35,965 bases of DNA. It comes from Ilumatobacteraceae bacterium. GTDB lineage: Bacteria > Actinomycetota > Acidimicrobiia > Acidimicrobiales > Ilumatobacteraceae. The DNA is taken from NCBI GenBank assembly GCA_044235415.1, contig JBIIHV010000001.1, forward strand, positions 1 through 35,965. Reading direction: 5' to 3'. Every line of letters begins with the position of its first letter. Position 1 is the first letter of the stretch. Shown one piece after another: positions 14,948-23,189 of this stretch. A program made the translations under genes and the position numbers. Under the pieces are notes generated by a model. That model worked only from the letters and a program-made list of their open reading frames with translations, was not told the origin of the DNA and did not search any database.

Positions 14948-14985
14948 TCCGCAGCCGCCCGCGCGGCGCCTGTCAGACTCGGGAC

Positions 14986-15390
14986 GTGGTTGCGCAGGGC
15001 GGCATCTCGGATCCGGGCGAGTACGTCACTCGGTTCATCGAAAACATCGAGCAGAGCCGGTTCTCGGACGCCATGGCAATGGTCTCCGACGACTGCGAAT
15101 ACGACAACGTCCCGATCGCCAAGGTGTTCGGCAGGGACGCAATCGTGGACATCTTGTCGAAGTTCCTGGCTTCGGCCACGCGCGTCGAGTGGCTGATCCA
15201 CCACCAGGTCACCGGTGGCGACATGTCGCACGGGGTGGTGATGAACGAACGGACGGACCGCTTCGAGATCGACGGCCGCTGGGTGGAGTTCGACATCGCG
15301 GGATTGTTCGTCATCAGCGACGGGAAGATCGCGCTGTGGCGCGACTACTTCGACAAGGAAGCCTTCACGAAGGCCCTCGCCGCGCGCTGA
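14986..15390 (+). CDS. limonene-1,2-epoxide hydrolase-family (NTF2/SnoaL-like fold) protein
   Basis: 134 aa. YDNVPIAKVFGRDAIVDIL ... MNERTDRF ... IAGLFVISDGKIALWRDYFDKEAF parallels Rhodococcus LimA / Mtb EphG-type LEH as I recall them. The start (GTG 14986) is uncertain. Confidence 0.7.
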   Translation: MVAQGGISDPGEYVTRFIENIEQSRFSDAMAMVSDDCEYDNVPIAKVFGRDAIVDILSKFLASATRVEWLIHHQVTGGDMSHGVVMNERTDRFEIDGRWVEFDIAGLFVISDGKIALWRDYFDKEAFTKALAAR

Positions 15391-15410
15391 CCGTCGCGAC
15401 ACCCGCTCGG

Positions 15411-15416
15411 TACCGT
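15411..15416 (+). promoter_or_regulatory. putative -10 hexamer (TACCGT) for the leaderless exonuclease gene
   Basis: TACCGT-cccccc-GTG 15423. argG has the identical hexamer and spacing. No SD is present. Confidence 0.4.
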
Positions 15417-15422
15417 CCCCCC

Positions 15423-16007
15423 GTGTCCGCGCTCCCCGACGCAATTGCCGCGCACCGCTTTGCGGTGATCGACACCGAAACCACGGGCCTCGAACCCGGG
15501 TCGTGCCGGCTGCTGCAGGTTGCCGTCGTCGTCGCGACAGGTGACGGAACGATCGAACGGCAGTGGTCGTCGTACGTCCGGGGCAGGCACTGGCGACCGG
15601 GGCGGCTTGGTGCCTGGCACATCCACGGCATCACCCGGCGGCACCTTGCCACCGGCCAGCCCCTTGCCGAGGTGCTCGCAACGGTCGCCGACATGAGCCG
15701 GGGCGCCACCGTGCTCGCGCACAATGCGCCGTTCGACCTGGGCTTCCTCCGCGCCGAGGCGCTCCGGGCAGGAGTCGAGCCCCTCAGCGGTCCCGCCGTG
15801 TGCAGCCTCCGGCTGTCACGGTCGCTCGATCCGGAGCGCACAAGGAGCCACAAGCTCGCTGATATCGCCGCCCGCACGGGGGTCGAGCCGGCACGCGTCC
15901 ACGACGCCCTCGCCGACGCCATCGTCACTGCGGCCGTGCTGCCACACCTGCTCCACGAGGCCGGCGTGCACTCACCCGACCAGTTGTCGACCTGGTTCGT
16001 GGACTAG
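15423..16007 (+). CDS. DEDDh 3'-5' exonuclease (DnaQ/epsilon-like)
   Basis: 194 aa. ExoI FAVIDTETTGL, ExoII LAHNAPFDLGFL, ExoIII HDALADA. Confidence 0.8.
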   Translation: MSALPDAIAAHRFAVIDTETTGLEPGSCRLLQVAVVVATGDGTIERQWSSYVRGRHWRPGRLGAWHIHGITRRHLATGQPLAEVLATVADMSRGATVLAHNAPFDLGFLRAEALRAGVEPLSGPAVCSLRLSRSLDPERTRSHKLADIAARTGVEPARVHDALADAIVTAAVLPHLLHEAGVHSPDQLSTWFVD

Positions 16008-18136
16008 CGACCCGAGCGGGGCTTCGGGGCCGCCTTCTTCACGGGCATCTTCGCCTTCTTCACGGGCGTCTTCGCCTTCTTCGCGGGCGGCTTCGCCTTC
16101 TTCACGGGCGTCGGCGCCGAGGGTGTTCGCGTGCGTCCGTACCGCGCCAACACGTCCCGGGCAGTTGCCGCCCGAAGACCTGCAAATCTCGGCGGCGAAA
16201 CCAGCGTGATCGAGCGGCCGCCGCGGATGAGCAGACGGCCGAGCCAATGGTCGCTCGACACCGCGAGGGTCAGGCGCAGTGATCCATCCGACAGCACCGA
16301 GCGATCGCGGTAGGGGTACGGCTCGACCAGCCAGCGGAGCCCCGGCGCCACCACGACCGTCGCCTCCGATTCGGCATCGAGGAACCACTCGCTGCCGCCG
16401 TGCGGCACCACCGGCTCGACCTCGACGAACTCGCCCGTTCCAGCCAACGACACGATCCGGTCGACGCGGAAGTCGCGCCGCTCGCCGCTCCGGTCGTCGT
16501 CGGCGGTCACGTACCAATTGCCGGAGTGCTCGAACACCGCCCGCGGCACGACCGTGCGGAGGTTGGTCCTCCGTGCACCCTGCAGCGCGGGGAACGGCTT
16601 GCGATAGTCGATGCGCAGGCTCTCGCCCGACTCGGCTGCTGCGCGAACCGCGGCGAGGTGCGGGGGTGCCACCACCTCCACCTCCACGCCGCTCGTGCCG
16701 CCACCGGCGAGCCGTGCGATCTTCCCGTAGACCCTCGCCAACGGACCACCTGCGTCGGCGCCGGGCATCGCGAGCGCGGTCTTCAGCATCGCAACCAACC
16801 CGAACAGCTCGGCCGCCGTCAGCCGCGCGGGACGGCCGAGGATGGTGGGCACCTCCGCGTGGATCGTGCCGTTGGCGAGCCGGCGCTGGAACTCCGCCTC
16901 GTCGGCCTCGTCGAGATCGGTGCCGTCCTCCGGCTCGATCCACACGTCGACGAGGAGGTCGGGGGTGTAGGGAGGCACGCCGCACAATCCGACGAGTTGC
17001 AGGTCGCGCACGAGACGCTCGGGGCTCTCGCCGAACTCCGCCGCGGCATCCCGGACCTTCACGTGCTTGCGCCGCACCAACCACGGAATGAGGACGAGCA
17101 AGGTCGCGAGGCGGTCGCCCGATCCCGCGGGACCGGGTGGCTTCTTCGCGGCCTTCCGCGCTGCTGTCCGTGGCTGGGGGGAAGGTGCAGCCGCGCGCCG
17201 GCCGCGGTCCGATGCGAGGTCCTCCAGCCACCCGACGACGTGCGCACGGACGTCGTCCGGTCCGACCACCTCGGCCCGGTGCACCATGGCGAGCAGCCAC
17301 GTACGGAACGCGTCGAGGTTGCCGCACGGCACCGCAAACTCGGTCGACCCGTCACGATGCCGCGAGAGCACCGCACGCGGCCCCATCTCGCGCTCGACGG
17401 TCGGCGCGATGTCCGCATCGACGAGGACCCGGGCGGTGGTGCCCTCGCCGAGCAGCTCCTTGTCGGTCTTCACCGCCCGTGCGAGGTCGAGACCGGCCGG
17501 ACGCGACACCCTGCTCGGCCCGGTGACGACGGCACGGCCCTCGATGCGGTCGACCCGGAACACCCGCTGGTCGCCGCGGAGATGGTCGTGCCCGACCAGG
17601 TACCAGCGGCCGCCGCGGCACAGCAGCCCGAACGGGTCAACCGACCGCTCCTCGCCGTGGTACCTGAACCTCACGGACTGCTGGCGCAGCACGCCGTCGG
17701 AGAGCGCGTCCAGCGCGTCGTCGCCGATCGTCAGGTCGACCGAGGTCGTCGTGCCCAGCAGGCGCTCTCCGCCCAGCTTCCACAGCGCCTCGGTCCCAGC
17801 CCGCGCGCCGATCCGGACCGTCGCAAGCGCGAGCTGCAGCGCATCCTGTTCGTCGGGGCTGAGACGGAGATCGGCGAGCTCGTACTCGCGCCGATCGACC
17901 GAGTACGCCGATTCACCCGCGTGGTCCCCGCCGAGGACGACCGTCCGTATCGGGACGCCGAGCGACCGCAGCACCGACTTGTCCCGTTCGAACTTCGCGC
18001 GCGCAGCCTGGTCGGAGCCCGGGTAGCAGTCGGAGAGCTCGCGGCGGATCTCCTTCAGCGTCAGCGGGCGCGACCGGTGGGTCAGCAGCGCGAGGAGGTT
18101 CAGCAGCCGTTCGGTGTTCGACTTCGCGGCCGGCAC
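16004..18136 (-). CDS. pafBC: fused PafB-PafC (two HTH-WYL-WCX modules) with a C-terminal PVKKAK-repeat basic tail
   Basis: 710 aa. Module 1: HTH (ERLLNLLALLTHRSRPLTLKEI) and WYL (VRFRYHGEERSVDPFGLLCRGGRWYLVGHD...FRVDRI). Module 2: HTH (DRLATLLVLIPWLVRRKHVKVRDAAAEF) and WYL (LRIDYRK...FEHSGNWYVTADD...FRVDRI). They are joined by a basic linker (ARKAAKKPPGP). The tail is PVKKAKPPAKKAKTPVKKAKMPVKKAAPKP. Confidence 0.8.
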   Translation of the reverse strand: MPAAKSNTERLLNLLALLTHRSRPLTLKEIRRELSDCYPGSDQAARAKFERDKSVLRSLGVPIRTVVLGGDHAGESAYSVDRREYELADLRLSPDEQDALQLALATVRIGARAGTEALWKLGGERLLGTTTSVDLTIGDDALDALSDGVLRQQSVRFRYHGEERSVDPFGLLCRGGRWYLVGHDHLRGDQRVFRVDRIEGRAVVTGPSRVSRPAGLDLARAVKTDKELLGEGTTARVLVDADIAPTVEREMGPRAVLSRHRDGSTEFAVPCGNLDAFRTWLLAMVHRAEVVGPDDVRAHVVGWLEDLASDRGRRAAAPSPQPRTAARKAAKKPPGPAGSGDRLATLLVLIPWLVRRKHVKVRDAAAEFGESPERLVRDLQLVGLCGVPPYTPDLLVDVWIEPEDGTDLDEADEAEFQRRLANGTIHAEVPTILGRPARLTAAELFGLVAMLKTALAMPGADAGGPLARVYGKIARLAGGGTSGVEVEVVAPPHLAAVRAAAESGESLRIDYRKPFPALQGARRTNLRTVVPRAVFEHSGNWYVTADDDRSGERRDFRVDRIVSLAGTGEFVEVEPVVPHGGSEWFLDAESEATVVVAPGLRWLVEPYPYRDRSVLSDGSLRLTLAVSSDHWLGRLLIRGGRSITLVSPPRFAGLRAATARDVLARYGRTRTPSAPTPVKKAKPPAKKAKTPVKKAKMPVKKAAPKPRSGR
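16032..16115. repeat. 4 x 21-bp tandem repeat (GCCTTCTTCACGGGCGTCTTC) encoding the PVKKAK(T/P/M) heptads of the PafBC tail
   Basis: Units at 16032, 16053, 16074 and 16095 differ by 1-4 nt. Confidence 0.85.
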
Positions 18137-18145
18137 GCCGTCAGG

Positions 18146-19699
18146 CTACGAGCCGGAGCCCCGGTGCCGGAGGTACCAGTCCAGCGCCGCCTCCGTGGCC
18201 GCATCCGACCCGCCCCGGGGCGAGGTTCCCTCGATCTCCGCCAGCACGGCTCCTGCGATGCGCTTGCCCATCTCGACGCCGAACTGGTCGAAGGAATTCA
18301 CGCCCCACAGCGCGCCCTCGACGACCGTGGCGTGCTCGTAGATCGCCATGAGGGCGCCGAGCGCCGCCGGAGTCCACTCCCCCAGAGCGACCACCGTGGA
18401 GGGGCGGTCGCCGGGACACGCGACGTGGGACTCGCCGTCCCGGCCGAACGCGAGTGCGGCGGCCTGGGCGAGGAGATTGGCGAAGAGCGCGTCGCCGCCC
18501 GGACCGCGGCCCGCGACGCCGATGAAGTCGACCGGCACCACCGAGGTGCCCTGGTGGAGCATCTGCATGAAGGCGTGCTGCGCGTCGGTGCCGACGCCAC
18601 CCCACACGACGGGTGCCGTTGCAGTGCGGACCGTCGCACCGTCGGTCGCGGTGCCCTTGCCGTTGCTCTCCATCGACACCTGCTGGAGCCATGGCACGAG
18701 CCCCGCGAGCGCGTCGGCGTACGGCACCACCGCCTTCGTCTCCCGTCCGAGGAACGACCGGTTCCAGACGGTCACGAGCCCGAGCAGCACGGGCAGGTTC
18801 GCCGCGAACGGCGCGGTCCGGAAGTGGGCGTCGGCGGCGCGCATGCCCGACAGAAAGTCGCGGAAGCGCCCCGCGCCGGTCGACAGCGCCGCGGCGAGGC
18901 CGGCTGCCGACGAGACCGAGAACCGGCCGCCGATCCACGCGGGCATCGTGAAGGTCCGGCCGAACGCGACGCCCGCCGCACCAGCGGCCCGCTCGGGTCG
19001 TTCGCTCACGGCGACGAGGTGCCGCGACGGATCCGGGAGCTCCGCCGCCAGCCAACCGGCCGCTGCCCGCACGTTCGCGACCGTCTCAAATGTGCCGAAC
19101 GACTTGCTGCACGCCACCACGAGGGTGGTGCGCGGGTCGAGGCCGGCGAGCGCCGCGGCAGGGGCGTCCGGGTCGACGTTGGACAGGAACCGGCAGTCGA
19201 GTGCGCCGTCGCCGAACGCCCCGTGCACGAGCCGCGGCCCGAGGTCGCTTCCGCCGATGCCAACGGCCACGACCGCCCGGAAGCGCGACCCGTCGGCCGC
19301 GCGCTCCGTCCCCTCCCGAACCGCATCGGCGAACCGGAGCGCGGCGTCGAGCGCTCCGCGCGCCTCCCCCACCGCGGCGGCATCGGCTCCCTCGGCGCCG
19401 CGCGACGCCACGTGCAGCGCGGGCCGGTTCTCGGTCGCGTTCACGCGCTCCCCGGCGAACATTGCGTCTCGCACGCGTGCGACGCCCGCCTCGTCGGCGA
19501 GCTCGAGCAGCGCACCGACCACCCCGCCGTCGAGGTGCTGGCGCGACAGGTCGAGGAGCACCTCCGTCGAACCGAGCACGGCCGTCCTCGTGAGCGCCGA
19601 CGCGCGGCTCGGATCGGCGGCGAATGACCCGGGGATCGACGGCGGGGAGACGGCCAGTGCCTCGAGCCTCCGCCACGACGGGAGCACCGTGGGATCCAC
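18146..19699 (-). CDS. pgi: glucose-6-phosphate isomerase
   Basis: 517 aa. ERVNATENRPALHVA, VGIGGSDLGP, SKSFGTFET, QVSMESNGK, GTDAQHAFMQMLHQG and WGVNSFDQFGVE blocks. GTG 19699 was chosen from the TATCCT-N6 geometry. The 789-aa track ORF extends spuriously upstream. The stop lies 9 nt before the pafBC start. Confidence 0.88.
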   Translation of the reverse strand: MDPTVLPSWRRLEALAVSPPSIPGSFAADPSRASALTRTAVLGSTEVLLDLSRQHLDGGVVGALLELADEAGVARVRDAMFAGERVNATENRPALHVASRGAEGADAAAVGEARGALDAALRFADAVREGTERAADGSRFRAVVAVGIGGSDLGPRLVHGAFGDGALDCRFLSNVDPDAPAAALAGLDPRTTLVVACSKSFGTFETVANVRAAAGWLAAELPDPSRHLVAVSERPERAAGAAGVAFGRTFTMPAWIGGRFSVSSAAGLAAALSTGAGRFRDFLSGMRAADAHFRTAPFAANLPVLLGLVTVWNRSFLGRETKAVVPYADALAGLVPWLQQVSMESNGKGTATDGATVRTATAPVVWGGVGTDAQHAFMQMLHQGTSVVPVDFIGVAGRGPGGDALFANLLAQAAALAFGRDGESHVACPGDRPSTVVALGEWTPAALGALMAIYEHATVVEGALWGVNSFDQFGVEMGKRIAGAVLAEIEGTSPRGGSDAATEAALDWYLRHRGSGS

Positions 19700-19705
19700 G
19701 CGCGC

Positions 19706-19711
19706 AGGATA
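19706..19711 (-). promoter_or_regulatory. putative -10 hexamer (TATCCT) for leaderless pgi
   Basis: On the minus strand: TATCCT-gcgcgc-GTG 19699. No SD is present. Confidence 0.4.
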
Positions 19712-19774
19712 CCCGTGGCCCGGAAACCCGGTTCCAAGGGATGCAGAACTATCGTCTCGCGCCGTGGTCGCCCG

Positions 19775-20704
19775 ATGAGCCGCGACGAACGCAGCGCCAG
19801 CGGTGCACCGCTCGCGCTGCTCGCCTACGTGCTCTGGGGGCTCCTGACCCTCTACTGGAAGGCCGTCGGCGACCTCAGCCCCGTCGACCTGATCGGCTGG
19901 CGCATCGTCGCATCGGCTGCGGTGCTCGCCGCAGTGTGCGCCGCCCGCGGGGCGATTCCCGCCGTGGTGTCGACGCTGCGCGATCCGCGCTCGCTGCTCG
20001 ACGTCGCCGCGACGTCCCTCTTCCTGACCGTCAACTGGTCGACGTATGTGTGGGCGGTCGTCGAGGGCCACGTCGTCGAGACGGCGCTCGGCTACTTCAT
20101 CTCGCCGATCCTCACCACCGTGGTCGGCGTGGTCGTGCTGCGCGAGCGCCTCTCGGGCGTGCAACGGGCGGCGGTTGCGCTCGCTGGCGCGGGCCTCCTC
20201 GTGCTGACGCTCGGCTACGGGCGCGTGCCGTGGATCGCCCTCGCCATCGCCGGATCGTGGTGCGCCTACGGCTACCTGAAGAAGCGCACCCCGCTTGCGC
20301 CGCTCGAGGGTCTCGCCGCCGAGATCGCGGTGCTCGGCCTTCCGGCGCTGGCACTCGTGGCGCTCCGCTGGGGGGCGGCCGACGGCGTCCCCGCGACGGC
20401 CTCGACCATGGAGTGGATCCTCGTGCTGCTCGCAGGCCTCGTCACCGCCGGGCCGCTCCTGCTCTTCGGCGCGGCGTCGCAGCGGACGCCGCTGACCGTG
20501 CTGGGCCCGATGCAATACGTGGTGCCGACCGTCACCTTCTTCATCGGCTGGCTCGGCTTTGGCGAGGAAGTGACCGGCGCACGGTTCGCCGGCTTCGGGT
20601 TGATCTGGGCGTGCCTCGTCCTCGTCCTCGCGTCGTTCGTGCGCGGGCAGCGCGCGGCTACCGCAGCGCGGGTTGCAGGATCGTCCCCGCCACCACCTGC
20701 TTGA
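19775..20704 (+). CDS. rarD: RarD-type EamA-family transporter
   Basis: 309 aa. LLAYVLWGLLTLYWK, ETALGYFISPILTTVVGVVVLRERL and SWCAYGYLKK are RarD-like blocks. ATG 19775 was chosen over the Arg-rich upstream extension. Confidence 0.8.
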   Translation: MSRDERSASGAPLALLAYVLWGLLTLYWKAVGDLSPVDLIGWRIVASAAVLAAVCAARGAIPAVVSTLRDPRSLLDVAATSLFLTVNWSTYVWAVVEGHVVETALGYFISPILTTVVGVVVLRERLSGVQRAAVALAGAGLLVLTLGYGRVPWIALAIAGSWCAYGYLKKRTPLAPLEGLAAEIAVLGLPALALVALRWGAADGVPATASTMEWILVLLAGLVTAGPLLLFGAASQRTPLTVLGPMQYVVPTVTFFIGWLGFGEEVTGARFAGFGLIWACLVLVLASFVRGQRAATAARVAGSSPPPPA

Positions 20705-21299
20705 GGCCCTCGGTGACCGCGAGCAGGCGCTCGCGGTCGTGCACCGAGTGGGAGAACCGGGTGAGCCCCGACAGCATCACGACGAGCATGTCGTACATGG
20801 CCGACTCAGTTACCGCAGGCGACACCTCGCCGCGGGCAATGGCGTCGCGGCACAGCGACAGGAGGTAGTCGCGGCCGCGCACGCGGTGCTCGCGGATCGC
20901 GTCGGTGAGCTCGGGATGGCGGCGGAGGTCGGAGGCGACGCCGATGACGAAGCCGGCGAGATAGGGGTCCTCCGCGTCGACCTCAGCGAGCGCATCCAGG
21001 AGCGCCGAGAAGCGGTCGGCGAACCGCTCGTGGCGCGAGGTCGCGCGCTCGAGCGTCGTGAACACCGTCTCCTGCACCTCGGCGTAGGTTGCGACGTACA
21101 GGTCGGCCTTCGAGTCGAAGTAGTGGTAGATCGCCGCGGTCGTGATGCCGACGGACTCGGCGATCCTCCTGTTGGGCGTGGCGTCGTATCCCTCCGTCGC
21201 GAAGCAGCGCCGCGCCTCGCGCATCAGCCGCCGCCGCGTCTCGGCTGCATCGGCGTCGGCAGGACGTCCGACCTTCCGTGGGGTCGCGCCGCCGGTCAT
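20658..21299 (-). CDS. TetR/AcrR-family transcriptional regulator
   Basis: 213 aa. HTH ATPNRRIAESVGITTAAIYHYFDSKADLY. It starts 10 nt after the upstream hydrolase stop. Its 3' end overlaps the convergent rarD by 47 bp. Confidence 0.85.
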   Translation of the reverse strand: MTGGATPRKVGRPADADAAETRRRLMREARRCFATEGYDATPNRRIAESVGITTAAIYHYFDSKADLYVATYAEVQETVFTTLERATSRHERFADRFSALLDALAEVDAEDPYLAGFVIGVASDLRRHPELTDAIREHRVRGRDYLLSLCRDAIARGEVSPAVTESAMYDMLVVMLSGLTRFSHSVHDRERLLAVTEGLKQVVAGTILQPALR

Positions 21300-21309
21300 G
21301 CCGGCGACC

Positions 21310-22203
21310 CTATCCCTCGATGTCCGTGCGGATGATGTCGGCGAGCTCGAGCGGCCGGTCACCCTGGACGCTGTGTCCCGCTCCGTCGACCACGACGGTC
21401 CGCACGGACGGGTTGCGCCTCGACATCTCGGCGACGTCGGCGTCGTCGACCACCGGCGACAGCGAGCCCCGCACCAGCGTCACCGGGCACTGCAGCGACT
21501 CGACTGCGCCCCACAGTCGCTCGGGCGATCTCGGTGCGCCGTCGTGCTGCCGCGCCCGACGGTCGTAGCGCCACTGCCACGAACCGTCGTCGAGCGGTCG
21601 CGCATTGTGCAGGATGCCCCGGCGCAGGCTCGCCTCGCTCCGCGTCGGATGGTGCGCGACGGTCCGTGCGAGCAGGTCGTCGAAGCTGGGGAACGTCTGC
21701 GGTCCATTGATGAAGTCGGTGACGATCTTCGCCTTCGCGGCGGTCACACCCGGCGTGATGTCGACCAGGACGAGCCGCCGGACCAGCCTCGGATATCGCG
21801 CCGCGAGCGCGAGGCTGGTGAGCCCGCCGAGCGACATGCCGACGACCACCCCTGCGGACGGTGCGAGCCGCGACACCGCGGTGGCGAGGTCGTCGGCCAT
21901 CTCCTCGATCTCGTAGGTCGCGTCGTCGCGCCAGTCGGAGTGCCCGTGGCCGGGCAGGTCGGGGGCGACGAGCGGCACGCCGAGCGCAAGGGCGACGGTG
22001 TCCCAGGTGTGCGCGTTCTGCCCGCCACCGTGGACCAGGACGGCGCACGGCTCGCCCGCCCCCCATCGGAGCGCGCTGAGCGACCGTCCGCCGTCCAGCG
22101 GCACGCCGACGCGGGCAACCTCCGGGATCCGATCCACCGCAAGACCGTGCTCCGCAACGTTCTCGACGAACAGGCCGAACTCGTCGTAGTGCACGGGGGT
22201 CAC
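21310..22203 (-). CDS. alpha/beta-fold hydrolase
   Basis: 297 aa. VLVHGGGQNAHTWD, nucleophile elbow GMSLGG, and C-terminal GAGHSVQGDRP. GTG 22203 overlaps the Ldt stop (GTGA). Confidence 0.8.
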   Translation of the reverse strand: MTPVHYDEFGLFVENVAEHGLAVDRIPEVARVGVPLDGGRSLSALRWGAGEPCAVLVHGGGQNAHTWDTVALALGVPLVAPDLPGHGHSDWRDDATYEIEEMADDLATAVSRLAPSAGVVVGMSLGGLTSLALAARYPRLVRRLVLVDITPGVTAAKAKIVTDFINGPQTFPSFDDLLARTVAHHPTRSEASLRRGILHNARPLDDGSWQWRYDRRARQHDGAPRSPERLWGAVESLQCPVTLVRGSLSPVVDDADVAEMSRRNPSVRTVVVDGAGHSVQGDRPLELADIIRTDIEG

Positions 22204-23189
22204 GGCTGGGCGGCGTCTGCGCCCGTCTCGAGGACCGTGGTCGTGGTCGTCGCCGCCCCAGCCACCGTCGTGGTGGTGGATCCGTCGTCCGACGGCACGT
22301 AGTTCGGGTCGATCCAGTCGAACGTCGGCGGCGGCGACCCGTACACCTCGGGGTCGCGCAGGCCGTCGAACACGTAGATCTTGTCGCCGTACTGCACGAG
22401 CGCCGGGAAGTAGCGGGCGACCGTCATCGGGATCCGGATGCAGCCGTGCGACTCCGGTTCGAGCGGCACGTTGATCGCGCCGTGCACGGCGATGCCGAAG
22501 TTGAAGTACACCGGGTTGTACATCGAGCCGAGCTTCGACTCGCGCATGCCCACCTTGCGGTTGTAGAAGTAGTACACGCCGGCGGGCGTGATCGCCTCGC
22601 CGCAGTAGCCCCGCTTGATCTGCTCGTCGCTGTCGTTGCCGTCCTCGCCCGGGTCGATCGTCACCTCCTCGCACCACTGCTCGTTGGACCCCGACGAGAT
22701 GTGCGTGACGAGCGCCAGCACGGTTCCGTTGAAGACGGCCATCACCTGCTCCGGCAGGTACACCTCCACGTGCGCCGGCGTGCCCGGCTGGCGGCGCGGC
22801 ACGATGTTGACGGGACCCTGCATCAGGTCCCACATCTCGGGGGTCACCACACCCGTCGCGTCGGTCCGCAACTTGCCCATCACGAGCTTCTCGAACGCCC
22901 AGACGGCCTGGATGGTGTTCTGTCCGTACACGCCGTCCTGCGGACCCGGATCGAACTTCAGCGCGGCGAGGCGCTGCTGCACCATCTTCACGTCGTCTCC
23001 CACGACGCCCTGGAAGAGCTCCCGACGGAGCGGCACCTTCTCGACCACCGGCACGGTCGTCACCGCGAACGGGTCGATCTCCGTCGATCCGGTGGGCGGG
23101 GGCGTCGTGCGTGCCGACGCGACTGCGAGCACCGTCAGCAGCACGGCTGCCGCGATCAGCGCCGGCCTCCAACGCTGGTAGGCCGTCAC
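22200..23189 (-). CDS. L,D-transpeptidase (YkuD domain) with an N-terminal PG_binding_1 domain and a Thr-rich C-terminus
   Basis: 329 aa. TM/signal anchor ALIAAAVLLTVLAV; PG-binding DDVKMVQQRLAALKFDPGPQDGVYGQNT; catalytic HG...PESHGCIRIP. GTG 23189 overlaps the GT2 stop (GTGA). Confidence 0.85.
   Translation of the reverse strand: MTAYQRWRPALIAAAVLLTVLAVASARTTPPPTGSTEIDPFAVTTVPVVEKVPLRRELFQGVVGDDVKMVQQRLAALKFDPGPQDGVYGQNTIQAVWAFEKLVMGKLRTDATGVVTPEMWDLMQGPVNIVPRRQPGTPAHVEVYLPEQVMAVFNGTVLALVTHISSGSNEQWCEEVTIDPGEDGNDSDEQIKRGYCGEAITPAGVYYFYNRKVGMRESKLGSMYNPVYFNFGIAVHGAINVPLEPESHGCIRIPMTVARYFPALVQYGDKIYVFDGLRDPEVYGSPPPTFDWIDPNYVPSDDGSTTTTVAGAATTTTTVLETGADAAQP

Noticed and set aside
15391-15422. 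LexA SOS box (TCGAAC-N4-GTTCGA) or PafBC/RecA-NDp-type motif (TGTCGGT-N8-TANNNT) upstream of the exonuclease, pafBC or other genes.
   Set aside because: A manual scan found TCGAAC and TGTCGGT only inside coding regions (for example near 17461 and 28654) and without the second half-site. There is no convincing site in any intergenic region.
16004-18136. WYL-domain protein as a regulator of a defence island.
   Set aside because: The duplicated HTH-WYL-WCX layout is that of PafBC (a DNA-damage response activator). The flanking genes are pgi and a DnaQ-like exonuclease, not defence genes.
16400-19627. 1075-aa + strand ORF spanning pafBC and pgi.
   Set aside because: It is antisense to two genes with unmistakable homology (PafBC, Pgi), and its product is Arg/Gly/His-rich with no domain. 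Shadow ORF.
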